This document shows positions 17,658 to 24,838 of a stretch of DNA of 30,318 nucleotides, one piece after another. Within the stretch, counting starts at the first letter, position 1; each line of letters starts with the position of its first letter. The stretch is taken from assembly GCA_005880755.1 (NCBI GenBank), contig VBGV01000067.1, positions 1 to 30,318 on the forward strand, read 5' to 3'. Below the pieces are notes generated by a model. The model saw nothing but the letters and a program-made list of their open reading frames with translations. It was not told the DNA's origin and did not search any database. Origin of the DNA: Chloroflexota bacterium. GTDB taxonomy: Bacteria > Chloroflexota > Dormibacteria > Dormibacterales > Dormibacteraceae. A program made the position numbers and the translations under genes.

Positions 17658-18020
17658 GTGGGATTGAAAACCATTCCCCTCTCCCCTGCAGGGGAGAGGG
17701 TTAGGGTGAGGGGCGTGTGTTGCAACCTACCTCGCGTGAGCGAAACCTGGGCCGAAAGCCGAGCCGACCTGATGAAGGCGTTGGGCGATCCGACTCGCCT
17801 GACGATGGTCGCCTCGCTGTGGAGGGCCGCGTCCCCGATCTGCATCTGCGATTTCACCGCGGGCCTCGGCCTCACCCAGCCGACCATCTCGCACCACATG
17901 GCAAAGCTCAAAGAAGCGGGCCTGGTCGAGTCCGAGAAGCGCGGAATCTGGATTTACTACCGGCTCCGCGACAAACTGCCGACAGAAACACGAGAGTTGC
18001 TAAGCCGCCTTATCGATTAG
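17658..18020 (+). CDS. arsR: ArsR/SmtB-family As(III)-responsive repressor
   Basis: MKALGDPTRL, CICD alpha3 site, LTQPTISHHMAKLKEAGLV, RGIWIYYRL, and an N-terminal CC pair. The start is GTG 17658 or GTG 17715. Confidence 0.9.
   Translation: MGLKTIPLSPAGERVRVRGVCCNLPRVSETWAESRADLMKALGDPTRLTMVASLWRAASPICICDFTAGLGLTQPTISHHMAKLKEAGLVESEKRGIWIYYRLRDKLPTETRELLSRLID
17676..17714. repeat. BoxC/REP-like palindromic repeat element
   Basis: Perfect 24-bp palindrome CCCTCTCCCCTGCAGGGGAGAGGG (17677-17700) followed by TTAGGGTGAGGGGC. On the minus strand it reads GCCCCTCACCCTAACCCTCTCCCC..., the form of the BoxC-like family. Confidence 0.75.
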
Positions 18021-18043
18021 GGATTCGCCGCTACTGTTACCGC

Positions 18044-19204
18044 GTGCGCGCGAGCGGGGCGGCCCTCGGCTTGATTCTCATGGTGGTCGGATGCGGCGGT
18101 TCCACCCCCAGCGCGTCGCATACGCCATCACCGACCTCGACGGCAACCGCGTCCGCAATCACGACCACACCGTCAAGCACGACCTCACCCGGTGCCACGC
18201 CACCACCAGGTCCCGCAACCCTTGTCCACTGCGTGGGCACCCTCCCCGCCGGCGACAACATGGTGATCGGCACCGTGACGGGAGATCCGACGGTCGTGGT
18301 GCGAGACATCCAGGACCCGGCCAACGCACGCAACCTCTGCACCTTCGACACGAGCGTCCTCGCTCCCGAGTTCGTCAGCGCGTCCGCGGTCGCCTACGAG
18401 ACTGCGGACAACCAGATCATCGGGGCGCAGCTCGCGGGCGGCCCGACGCGCATCCTTGCCACCTACGGCGCCGGCGTCATCGGCTCGGGCCAGTACGCGA
18501 TCAGCCCGGACGGCCGCTCCGTCACCTACCTCGACGGCAACACCTGGCGGCTCGCCGGGCCGTCGGGCAACCGCGTGCTCGCGACCTTGCCCGCCGTGCC
18601 GGGTCGAGGTGTCAATCCTGACGAGGACGACAGCTTCCTCGGCTTTTCACCCGACGGCCTGTACATCGCGCTGTTCCAGACCTTCCACGTGGGAGGCACC
18701 GGTGAGACCGCGCCGGACCAGGTCCGCCGCGCGAGCGACGGAACGCTCGCCTATTCGACCTCCGGCATGACGATGGCGGTGTGGGCATCGGTGCCGAGCC
18801 GCCTGTTCTTCCGTGACGCGACCGGCAACCTCCACCGGTGGGATCCGTCGACCGGGCTCTCTTCGATGACCTCGCTGCACTGGATCAGGCCGCGGTCCTC
18901 GCCGGATGGGCGCTGGATCGCGTACACGTTCCGCACCACGAGCGGAATCGGCGGCATCGGCTTCTACAGCGTGCAGGCCAACAGCGTGTCGAACACGACA
19001 CCGCCGGGACGTTCCGGCGTCAGGTTCCTCACCAACGACCTGGTCTGGTACAAGGGCGAGCGCGCATGCTCGACGTGCTTCGGTGGGCAACCGACACCAA
19101 CCGGCGTCACGTACATCTACAGCATCGCGGGCACGTCGGAGATCACCTCGCGCCTGTCAGACGTCAACGACGCCTGGCCGCGCGTGACTGCTCCCGGTCT
19201 CTAA
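18044..19204 (+). CDS. Lipoprotein with Ser/Thr/Pro-rich linker and TolB-like beta-propeller
   Basis: GTG start 6 nt after a TACTGT -10 (18032-18037). Lipobox LMVVGC, S/T/P stretch, and repeated blade motifs AISPDGRSVTY, GFSPDGLYIAL, SSPDGRWIAY. Confidence 0.75.
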   Translation: MRASGAALGLILMVVGCGGSTPSASHTPSPTSTATASAITTTPSSTTSPGATPPPGPATLVHCVGTLPAGDNMVIGTVTGDPTVVVRDIQDPANARNLCTFDTSVLAPEFVSASAVAYETADNQIIGAQLAGGPTRILATYGAGVIGSGQYAISPDGRSVTYLDGNTWRLAGPSGNRVLATLPAVPGRGVNPDEDDSFLGFSPDGLYIALFQTFHVGGTGETAPDQVRRASDGTLAYSTSGMTMAVWASVPSRLFFRDATGNLHRWDPSTGLSSMTSLHWIRPRSSPDGRWIAYTFRTTSGIGGIGFYSVQANSVSNTTPPGRSGVRFLTNDLVWYKGERACSTCFGGQPTPTGVTYIYSIAGTSEITSRLSDVNDAWPRVTAPGL

Positions 19205-19209
19205 GCCGG

Positions 19210-19632
19210 CTAGGCCAGCTCTCGCCGCCGCTGCTCGCGCCGGGCCTTGTCCTCCGGACCGACCATCCGCACCATCACGGCGCGGTAGTGGAGCAGCGCC
19301 TGGCGCATGCCCTCGGTCTTGTCTTTCGACGTGTAGCCGAGCCGGTGCGCTCGCTGCATCTCTTGCGGCAGGTCCCGTTCGGTCAACGGATGGCCGCGCT
19401 CGCGCAGCACGGACATGACCAGCGCCTCCGCCTCGCGTACCGCCTGCTCCGGCGAGTCGACGAACTTCATCTCGATCTCGTCCCACTCGCCTGCGTAGCG
19501 GTCGCGCGAGTCCGGCGGCAGCGGCCGCAGCTTCGGCCGCCCGCGGCCCACGCCCGCGGCGCGAAACAGGAAGAGCAGCACGACGACGACCAGGGCGATG
19601 ACCAGGATCGTGGTTAGGGTTCCAGTGTCCAT
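19210..19632 (-). CDS. Membrane-anchored hypothetical protein
   Basis: GGAGGTG RBS upstream of ATG 19632 (MDTGTL...). One N-terminal TM helix, then W.EIEMKFVDSPEQAVREAEALV...RGHP, a pattern seen in conserved actinobacterial hypotheticals. Confidence 0.72.
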   Translation of the reverse strand: MDTGTLTTILVIALVVVVLLFLFRAAGVGRGRPKLRPLPPDSRDRYAGEWDEIEMKFVDSPEQAVREAEALVMSVLRERGHPLTERDLPQEMQRAHRLGYTSKDKTEGMRQALLHYRAVMVRMVGPEDKARREQRRRELA

Positions 19633-19740
19633 CTGAGTCGGCACCTCCACATAGGGAACGCCAACCCCTTGGCTTCGACTCAATCGCGGGTGAGCCGAAT
19701 CCGGCTTGAACTCGGGGCGCCGGGCCCAAAATAGGCCGCC

Positions 19741-21393
19741 GTGGCCACCGCTGCCGTGCTGGAGCAGTCACCGTCGCTGTCGCATGACCGGCCTCGCGCC
19801 GATGTGGCGCTGCTCGGTTTCGTCACCGCCGCGGTGATGGCCCGGCTGCTCTTCTGGACCATCACGAACCGCATGTTCGAGGACGGCCTGACCACGATCA
19901 CCCACGCCCGCAACGTCCCTCTCGGGCTGGGCCTCATCCACCACGCCGGCGAAGGCAACGTGCATGGTTTCACCTCCGCGATCGGGGTCTTGATCCCGCT
20001 GGCGGGCGAGCTGGTTCACCAGGGGTCGGGCATGTTCGCGATGCGCGTCGCGTCCTTGATCGCCGTTTGCATCGCACTCGTCTATGCACGGCTGATCTGC
20101 CGCGATCTGAGACTCGGCGCGTTTCCCACCGCCTTCGTCCTGGCCTACCTCGCCTTCGACCAGAACATGATCTTTTACGGCATGTCGGGGATGGAGACCC
20201 AGGTCGCCGTCACCGTCATCCTCGGCGGCGTGTACCACGTCCGTCGCCAGGACCTGGTCGCTTCTGGGATCTGGCTTGGGCTTGCCCCATTGGCGCGTCC
20301 GGAGTTTGTGTTGTGGGTGGCCCCCGCGCTGGCCTACCTCGCGCTGGGCAACCTGCGGCGCGCGATCGCGGCGGGCGGCATCGCGGGGGCGATCGTCGCG
20401 CCGTGGATCGTCTTCACGACCGCGTACTACGGCTCGCCGATTCCGAACACGGTCGTCGCGAAGGCGACCGTGAGCCCGATCCCGGCCATCCTGAGCAACG
20501 GCTCACCGCTGCCGTGGCTGGAGTGGCTGTTCGGGCAGGTGACCGGGCATATCGAGCTGCTCCTCTATCACTTCGAGCCGTTCCACGAGGTCTGGAGCAC
20601 GGCCGCGGCGCCGCTGCCCGGTCCGGTCCTGATCGTCATCGCCGTCGTGGTGGCCGACCTTTTCGCGATCGGTCTCGTTGCGTCTCGTCAGGTCGCGGGC
20701 TGGTGGCCGGCACTGGCTTTTATCGGGCTCTTTTTCGCGTATCGCGTCTATTTCATCCCGACCATCAACTATTACGACTGGTACCTGCCGCCGTTTCTGG
20801 CCCTGGTCATGATCGTCGTGGCGGCGGGCCTGCAGAGGATCTACGCGTGGCGCCATGCGATCACAAGAATCCTTTCCATCGCGCTCGCCCTCGCTTTTGC
20901 CATGCACATGCCGTTCAGCTTCGCGGTCGAGTCGAAGGTGCAGGCGGTGGAAAACGAGGTGAGGACCAACGTCGCCGAGTACCTCAAGGCCACGGTCCCT
21001 CGAGGCGAGTCGGTGACTTCGGAGTCGGCCGGCTACATCGGTTTCTATGGCGGGGTGAAGCTGTTCGATTATCCAGGGCTGACATCGAAGACCTCGGTGC
21101 GCGCGCTGCAGGCGCTGCCGCCTGACCAGCGCGACCTTCCACATCTCGTCGCAGCGCTCAAACCAGACTGGCTGGTGCTCCGCCCGTGGGAGCTGGAGTC
21201 GCTCCGGCAGCAGTTTCCGGAGATCGCGGCCGAGTACCAGGTCGTGCGCGTGTTTCAAATGCCCGGCGCGCCCGACGCCCAGCTCGATGTCGACGGCGCC
21301 ACCACCATCTCGTTCGGTGGCCTGTCCGAGACGGACGTGGACGAGAAGTTCATCGTCCTGAGAAAAAATTGCGGAACGCAATCGACATGTTGA
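19741..21393 (+). CDS. GT-C-fold membrane glycosyltransferase-like protein (AftB/PMT-like)
   Basis: Acidic pair and loop after TM1 (FEDGLTTITHARN...GEGNVHGFTS), SGMET, ARPEF, YYGSPIPNTVVAK, ~11-12 TM helices and a soluble C-terminal domain. Confidence 0.7.
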   Translation: MATAAVLEQSPSLSHDRPRADVALLGFVTAAVMARLLFWTITNRMFEDGLTTITHARNVPLGLGLIHHAGEGNVHGFTSAIGVLIPLAGELVHQGSGMFAMRVASLIAVCIALVYARLICRDLRLGAFPTAFVLAYLAFDQNMIFYGMSGMETQVAVTVILGGVYHVRRQDLVASGIWLGLAPLARPEFVLWVAPALAYLALGNLRRAIAAGGIAGAIVAPWIVFTTAYYGSPIPNTVVAKATVSPIPAILSNGSPLPWLEWLFGQVTGHIELLLYHFEPFHEVWSTAAAPLPGPVLIVIAVVVADLFAIGLVASRQVAGWWPALAFIGLFFAYRVYFIPTINYYDWYLPPFLALVMIVVAAGLQRIYAWRHAITRILSIALALAFAMHMPFSFAVESKVQAVENEVRTNVAEYLKATVPRGESVTSESAGYIGFYGGVKLFDYPGLTSKTSVRALQALPPDQRDLPHLVAALKPDWLVLRPWELESLRQQFPEIAAEYQVVRVFQMPGAPDAQLDVDGATTISFGGLSETDVDEKFIVLRKNCGTQSTC

Positions 21394-21426
21394 AGCCACG
21401 CAGAAAGGTCCGCGCGTTGTACCAGC

Positions 21427-21774
21427 GTGGAGATCCGGCAGGCCTTGTTGTGGAGCGGCCTGCTGCTTGGAAGTCAGGCGACCGACACCATCACGACCGC
21501 AATCGACCGCGCCCAGGGCTCGATCGAGTCGATGCCGGTCAGCGCTCGCCTGCTCGAGGTCGGAGGCATCGCGCTCTTTTGGGGCTTCAAGGTCCTCATC
21601 GTCGCCGGAGCGGCGGCCGTGCTGATCGCAGCCGCACGCAAAGTCCGTGAGGAGGACCACCGCCTCTCACGCCTGACGTTTCGCCTCACGCTGGTCGCGG
21701 TGCAGGCGGTTACGGTTTGCCTCGCGACCGCGTCGCTCAGCAACCTTTACCTGCTGACCTCGATCCCGGGCTAG
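21427..21774 (+). CDS. Small 3-TM membrane protein (DUF5658-like)
   Basis: Hydrophobic 115 aa with D..TT....G..E..P (ATDTITTAIDRAQGSIESMP) followed by K in TM2. The family assignment is tentative. Confidence 0.6.
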   Translation: MEIRQALLWSGLLLGSQATDTITTAIDRAQGSIESMPVSARLLEVGGIALFWGFKVLIVAGAAAVLIAAARKVREEDHRLSRLTFRLTLVAVQAVTVCLATASLSNLYLLTSIPG

Positions 21775-21778
21775 GTTT

Positions 21779-22954
21779 TCAGTCTTCGGCGGGCGCGACC
21801 CTCACGATCTTGCCGCTGCCTGGGGCGGTGTTGGCCGAGTTCACGCTGACGTACAGCGTCCCGCCTGGCCCGGGCGTGACCCCGCCCGGCAAGGGCAGCG
21901 ATCCGCCGCCGACGTGCTGGTGGACACTCGGATTGGCGAACGGGATCCGCACCAGGTCTCCGGGCGGGCCCGCGGAGTTGGGCTGGAACATCTCGGTCGC
22001 CCAGAAGTTGCCGCTTCGGTCGAAGGTGCATGCGGTCAGCGTGGTCAGGCCGCTGGCCCAGACATGAGTCCCGGCGGTGATGAAGTCCTCGTTCGTGTCC
22101 GGGTCGACCCGATAAACGTGCGACTGCCCGGGCCCAAACACAAAGAGGTTGGCCACGAAGTCCAGGGTCCCGACGTACAAGGCACCGTCTGGGCCCACCG
22201 CGGCGCACGTCGGGGTTGAGTCACGAATCGGATCGTTGGGGATGAAAGCGATCACCCGCGCGGTGCCGTTGTTCATCACTTCGAGCACGGTGTTGGCGCC
22301 GGCATCGATGACGAATGTGCGCGGCTTGCCGGTCTTCCCATCCCTGGTCATGAGCACGCCATAGGGGTTGGAGTCAGGGAACTCTTCCCAAAGACTTGCG
22401 TGGGCGGCCGTCCACGCGTACTGCTGGTCTCCTATATCGCTCTTGTCGGTCGGCTTGCCGGTCTCGGGATTGAGCGCGTAGAGATGCCCAATCTGCGAGA
22501 AAGAAAGCCCTTTGGTGGTTGCGTTGACGCCGTCACGAGATTCACTTTCGATCATCCGGACCTGGCAGCTGTCCGCCGCGCTCCCTGGGCAGAACGTGGT
22601 TATACCTTCAGGGCCGAGAACCTCTGGCGCGCCGTGGGCGCTGTCGTACAGCGAATCGAATGCCGTCGACCACACGAGCCGGGCGCCACTCTCGGAGAGC
22701 CGGAACCTGTCGACCTTGCCCGTGCGCGAAACGCCAAACGGACCGGGCGCGATGTCGAAATACTTGCCCGTCTCCGACACGTACAGATTGCCGCGGCCGT
22801 CGAACGCGACTCCTCGCGGCCCTTCCAGGCCCGACACGACCGGGGTGATCGTCCAGCCGGCGCCCGACGCGCCCACCGGGCTGTTGGCGGCGATGACGGC
22901 GATCAGCGCAAGCGCGGACGCCATGAGGGCACGAGTCGAGTTGCGGATCTCCAT
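21779..22954 (-). CDS. Secreted ScyD/ScyE-family beta-propeller protein
   Basis: Signal peptide, SGLEGPRGVAF...LYVSETG, DSNPYGV, IDAGANTVLEV, PTCAAVGPDGALYVGTL, PLPGGVTPGPGGTLYVS. Confidence 0.78.
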   Translation of the reverse strand: MEIRNSTRALMASALALIAVIAANSPVGASGAGWTITPVVSGLEGPRGVAFDGRGNLYVSETGKYFDIAPGPFGVSRTGKVDRFRLSESGARLVWSTAFDSLYDSAHGAPEVLGPEGITTFCPGSAADSCQVRMIESESRDGVNATTKGLSFSQIGHLYALNPETGKPTDKSDIGDQQYAWTAAHASLWEEFPDSNPYGVLMTRDGKTGKPRTFVIDAGANTVLEVMNNGTARVIAFIPNDPIRDSTPTCAAVGPDGALYVGTLDFVANLFVFGPGQSHVYRVDPDTNEDFITAGTHVWASGLTTLTACTFDRSGNFWATEMFQPNSAGPPGDLVRIPFANPSVHQHVGGGSLPLPGGVTPGPGGTLYVSVNSANTAPGSGKIVRVAPAED

Positions 22955-23022
22955 CGCGTGCTTCTCCCTTCAACGCGGCGACCGCGCCGGCGGTCGCGCC
23001 CCACCACGAGCGTTACCCGGCG

Positions 23023-23052
23023 AATCTAATGCCCACCGGGCGCGGCTGTCAA
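23023..23052 (-). promoter_or_regulatory. Near-consensus housekeeping sigma promoter for the ScyD/ScyE gene
   Basis: TTGACA (23047-23052), 18-nt spacer, TAGATT (23023-23028). Confidence 0.7.
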
Positions 23053-23060
23053 CGGGGGAG

Positions 23061-23252
23061 TCAGTCCAGGCCGAGTCTCAGCAGGCGAGCCTCGTGGACC
23101 AACGAAACCTGACCCGGGTGGTGCCGGTCCCAGGCCTGCACGCAGCTTTCGCACGTGCAGCCTGGGCCGACCGAGAGCGATCTCGATCGCCTCGATCCAC
23201 GGGCCAGTTTCAACAACGTTGCGACGACCTTTCTGCGACGTAGTGCTGCCAT
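23061..23252 (-). CDS. Putative 63-aa microprotein with basic N-terminus and CxCxxC-x4-HH motif
   Basis: GGAGG at 23257-23261 before ATG 23252. The ORF fills an otherwise empty 460-nt gap and contains GCTCESCVQAWDRHH. Confidence 0.55.
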   Translation of the reverse strand: MAALRRRKVVATLLKLARGSRRSRSLSVGPGCTCESCVQAWDRHHPGQVSLVHEARLLRLGLD

Positions 23253-23266
23253 GTTGCCTCCGGGGT

Positions 23267-23290
23267 TTTTAGGACGTTTTTTAGGACGTT
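23267..23290. repeat. Tandem 12-bp direct repeat TTTTAGGACGTT x2 (probable regulator binding site)
   Basis: Exact copies at 23267-23278 and 23279-23290 in an AT-rich divergent promoter region. A minus-strand TAGACT (23295-23300) lies just upstream. Confidence 0.6.
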
Positions 23291-23417
23291 AAGGAGTCTA
23301 ACGAGGGGGCCCCGGTTTTCCGGCGATTACGGAGTTTGGTTAGGCGCCGCGGGTTCAGCGTTAGTGCTTTCCAACGAGGGGACGGGGCCGGAATTCAGCG
23401 ACACAGGAGGGAGATCA

Positions 23418-23807
23418 ATGCTCTCGTTTCGATTCGCCATCCTCGGCGCGGCTGCGGCTCTCACGCTGGGCACAGCCAGCGCCCTTGCAATGCAAGAAGG
23501 TTCGAGCGGGACTGACCCGGATTCGCATGGCGATGCAGTCGCGTCTGCTGCGCGCACGACATGTCCACACGGTCCTGACGGCGTGCATGGCGCGTGCGTG
23601 AGCGCGATCGCATCAGCCGAGGGGCAGGAGAACGAAGACGGAGCGCAGGCCGCGCGCGTCAAGGCCTGCAAGGCCGCCGGCGCGAATGAGGACCAGTCGG
23701 AAAAGAAGCCGGCCAAGGGCGACAAGGCCGCGAAGGCTGCCGACCGAACCGAAGACAAGGCGGAGCACAAAGCGTTCGTCGCATGCGTGCAGGGACAGAC
23801 ATCGTGA
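23418..23807 (+). CDS. Small secreted protein with repeated HG..VS motif and four cysteines
   Basis: AGGAGG RBS at 23405-23410. Signal peptide ending ...TASALA. Motifs HGDAVASAA and HGACVSAIA, and a charged low-complexity tail. Confidence 0.72.
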   Translation: MLSFRFAILGAAAALTLGTASALAMQEGSSGTDPDSHGDAVASAARTTCPHGPDGVHGACVSAIASAEGQENEDGAQAARVKACKAAGANEDQSEKKPAKGDKAAKAADRTEDKAEHKAFVACVQGQTS

Positions 23808-23826
23808 CCTGGGAATCAGCGGCGAG

Positions 23827-23934
23827 CTAAGAACGAGCCAGCGCCTGGGCTTCGCCGAGGGACATCTCGCGTCCCTCGGCCCAGGCGCCCTCAAAGTGAC
23901 TCCCCAGCTCCTTCCGCAGCTTCGGAGCGACTAG
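23827..23934 (-). pseudogene. 3'-terminal remnant of a predicted ATPase/TPR (COG3903/STAND-like) regulator gene
   Basis: Translates LVAPKLRKELGSHFEGAWAEGREMSLGEAQALARS*, resembling the typical C-terminal motif LR..LG...F..AW.EGR.MSL.EA. It has no start of its own and begins at the DUF4013 stop. Confidence 0.5.
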
Positions 23935-24575
23935 CCCGGGGGCGCAGACGGCGGCGCCGACTGGGCCATCGGACCAGGACCTGACAACGTGCCCTCGTAC
24001 CAGGTCACGATGCCCGCGGTGATGGCCGTGCTGTACGGGATCGTGAAGAGCGCGCCGACACAGCACAGCAAGAACCCGATACCTCCGACGAGACGGGCCA
24101 CGTACACCAGAAGTCCCGCGATGACGGTGTTGGAAGTGTTGGCGGTGGCCGTCTCCCAGACAGCGTTCACGTCGAAGCCGCCGTTGAACCCACCGCGGTA
24201 CGTGTGCAGGATGAGCGAGGGAGCGATGAAGGCAAACAACAGGCTCAGAGCCAGGTTGATAAGGCCCGCCAGCGCGGAGACAGCGCCGTTGTGCCCGGCG
24301 CCACCGACGGTGTAGAGAATCGTGATGGGGATCGCGATGACGATTCCGTAGGCGAGAAGCACGACAAACAGCGGGACGCCGCGCTCGAGGTGAAAGCCCG
24401 CGGGGGGCAGCTCGCGGCGACCGGCGCGGTAGTTGTCGATGGTAAGGACGAGCCAACCGGTGAGGGCGATCCAGCCCACGATCGGGATGATGAAGATGAG
24501 GCCTTGGACGACCATCTTGCTGAACCAGCTGGGGTCCTGGAAGGGCCACGCGAAGCTGTCGCCGACGCTCGTCAC
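23931..24575 (-). CDS. DUF4013-family membrane protein
   Basis: MTSVGDSFAWPFQDPSWFSKMVVQGLIFIIPIVGWIALTGW start and multiple TM helices. Leaderless-type GTG lies 7 nt after TACACT (24583-24588). Confidence 0.82.
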   Translation of the reverse strand: MTSVGDSFAWPFQDPSWFSKMVVQGLIFIIPIVGWIALTGWLVLTIDNYRAGRRELPPAGFHLERGVPLFVVLLAYGIVIAIPITILYTVGGAGHNGAVSALAGLINLALSLLFAFIAPSLILHTYRGGFNGGFDVNAVWETATANTSNTVIAGLLVYVARLVGGIGFLLCCVGALFTIPYSTAITAGIVTWYEGTLSGPGPMAQSAPPSAPPG

Positions 24576-24604
24576 GGCCGGGAGTGTAACTCCGGACCGG
24601 GAGA

Positions 24605-24634
24605 CCCGTGAAGCCTGCGCGCGGGCTGCACGGG
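24605..24634 (-). terminator. Hairpin downstream of the 37-aa ORF
   Basis: CCCGTG-A-AGCCTGC/GC/GCGGGCT-G-CACGGG, 13 nt after the 24648 stop. Confidence 0.4.
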
Positions 24635-24647
24635 CCGCGGTCGAATC

Positions 24648-24761
24648 TCAGCTCACCTTTGTGAGTACGCCCTGACGAGGGCGTGAGGACTGGACGAAGA
24701 GCACGCCGAAAACCGCGGAAAGGATGATCAGGGCCTGGACCCAGCGAACTCTGCTCGCCAC
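24648..24761 (-). CDS. Putative 37-aa single-TM microprotein (below the ORF-track cut-off)
   Basis: AAAAGGAGGTG RBS (GGAGG 24771-24775), 9 nt before GTG 24761. Translation MASRVRWVQALIILSAVFGVLFVQSSRPRQGVLTKVS. Confidence 0.6.
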   Translation of the reverse strand: MASRVRWVQALIILSAVFGVLFVQSSRPRQGVLTKVS

Positions 24762-24838
24762 CGGATTGCACCTCCTTTTGATGTGATCGCACCGTCATTC
24801 TTGTGCGCTGCAAGGTGAACGACTCAGTTGTCGGTGGG

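Noticed and set aside
17717-18043. N-terminal extension of the lipoprotein ORF across arsR
   Set aside because: Off-frame overlap with arsR. The lipobox and -10 place the start at 18044.
21779-22954. Scytonemin biosynthesis
   Set aside because: Only a ScyD/ScyE-family propeller is present. No scyA/B/C or aromatic precursor genes.
22955-23417. Possible riboswitch or ncRNA in the long gap upstream of the ScyD/ScyE gene
   Set aside because: No known aptamer consensus recognised. The space is better explained by a promoter, a 63-aa ORF and a direct repeat. An Rfam/Infernal scan would settle it.
24782-24797. CRP-like site TGTGA-TCGCAC-CGTCA upstream of the 37-aa ORF
   Set aside because: Only one half-site matches the consensus. 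Too weak to call.
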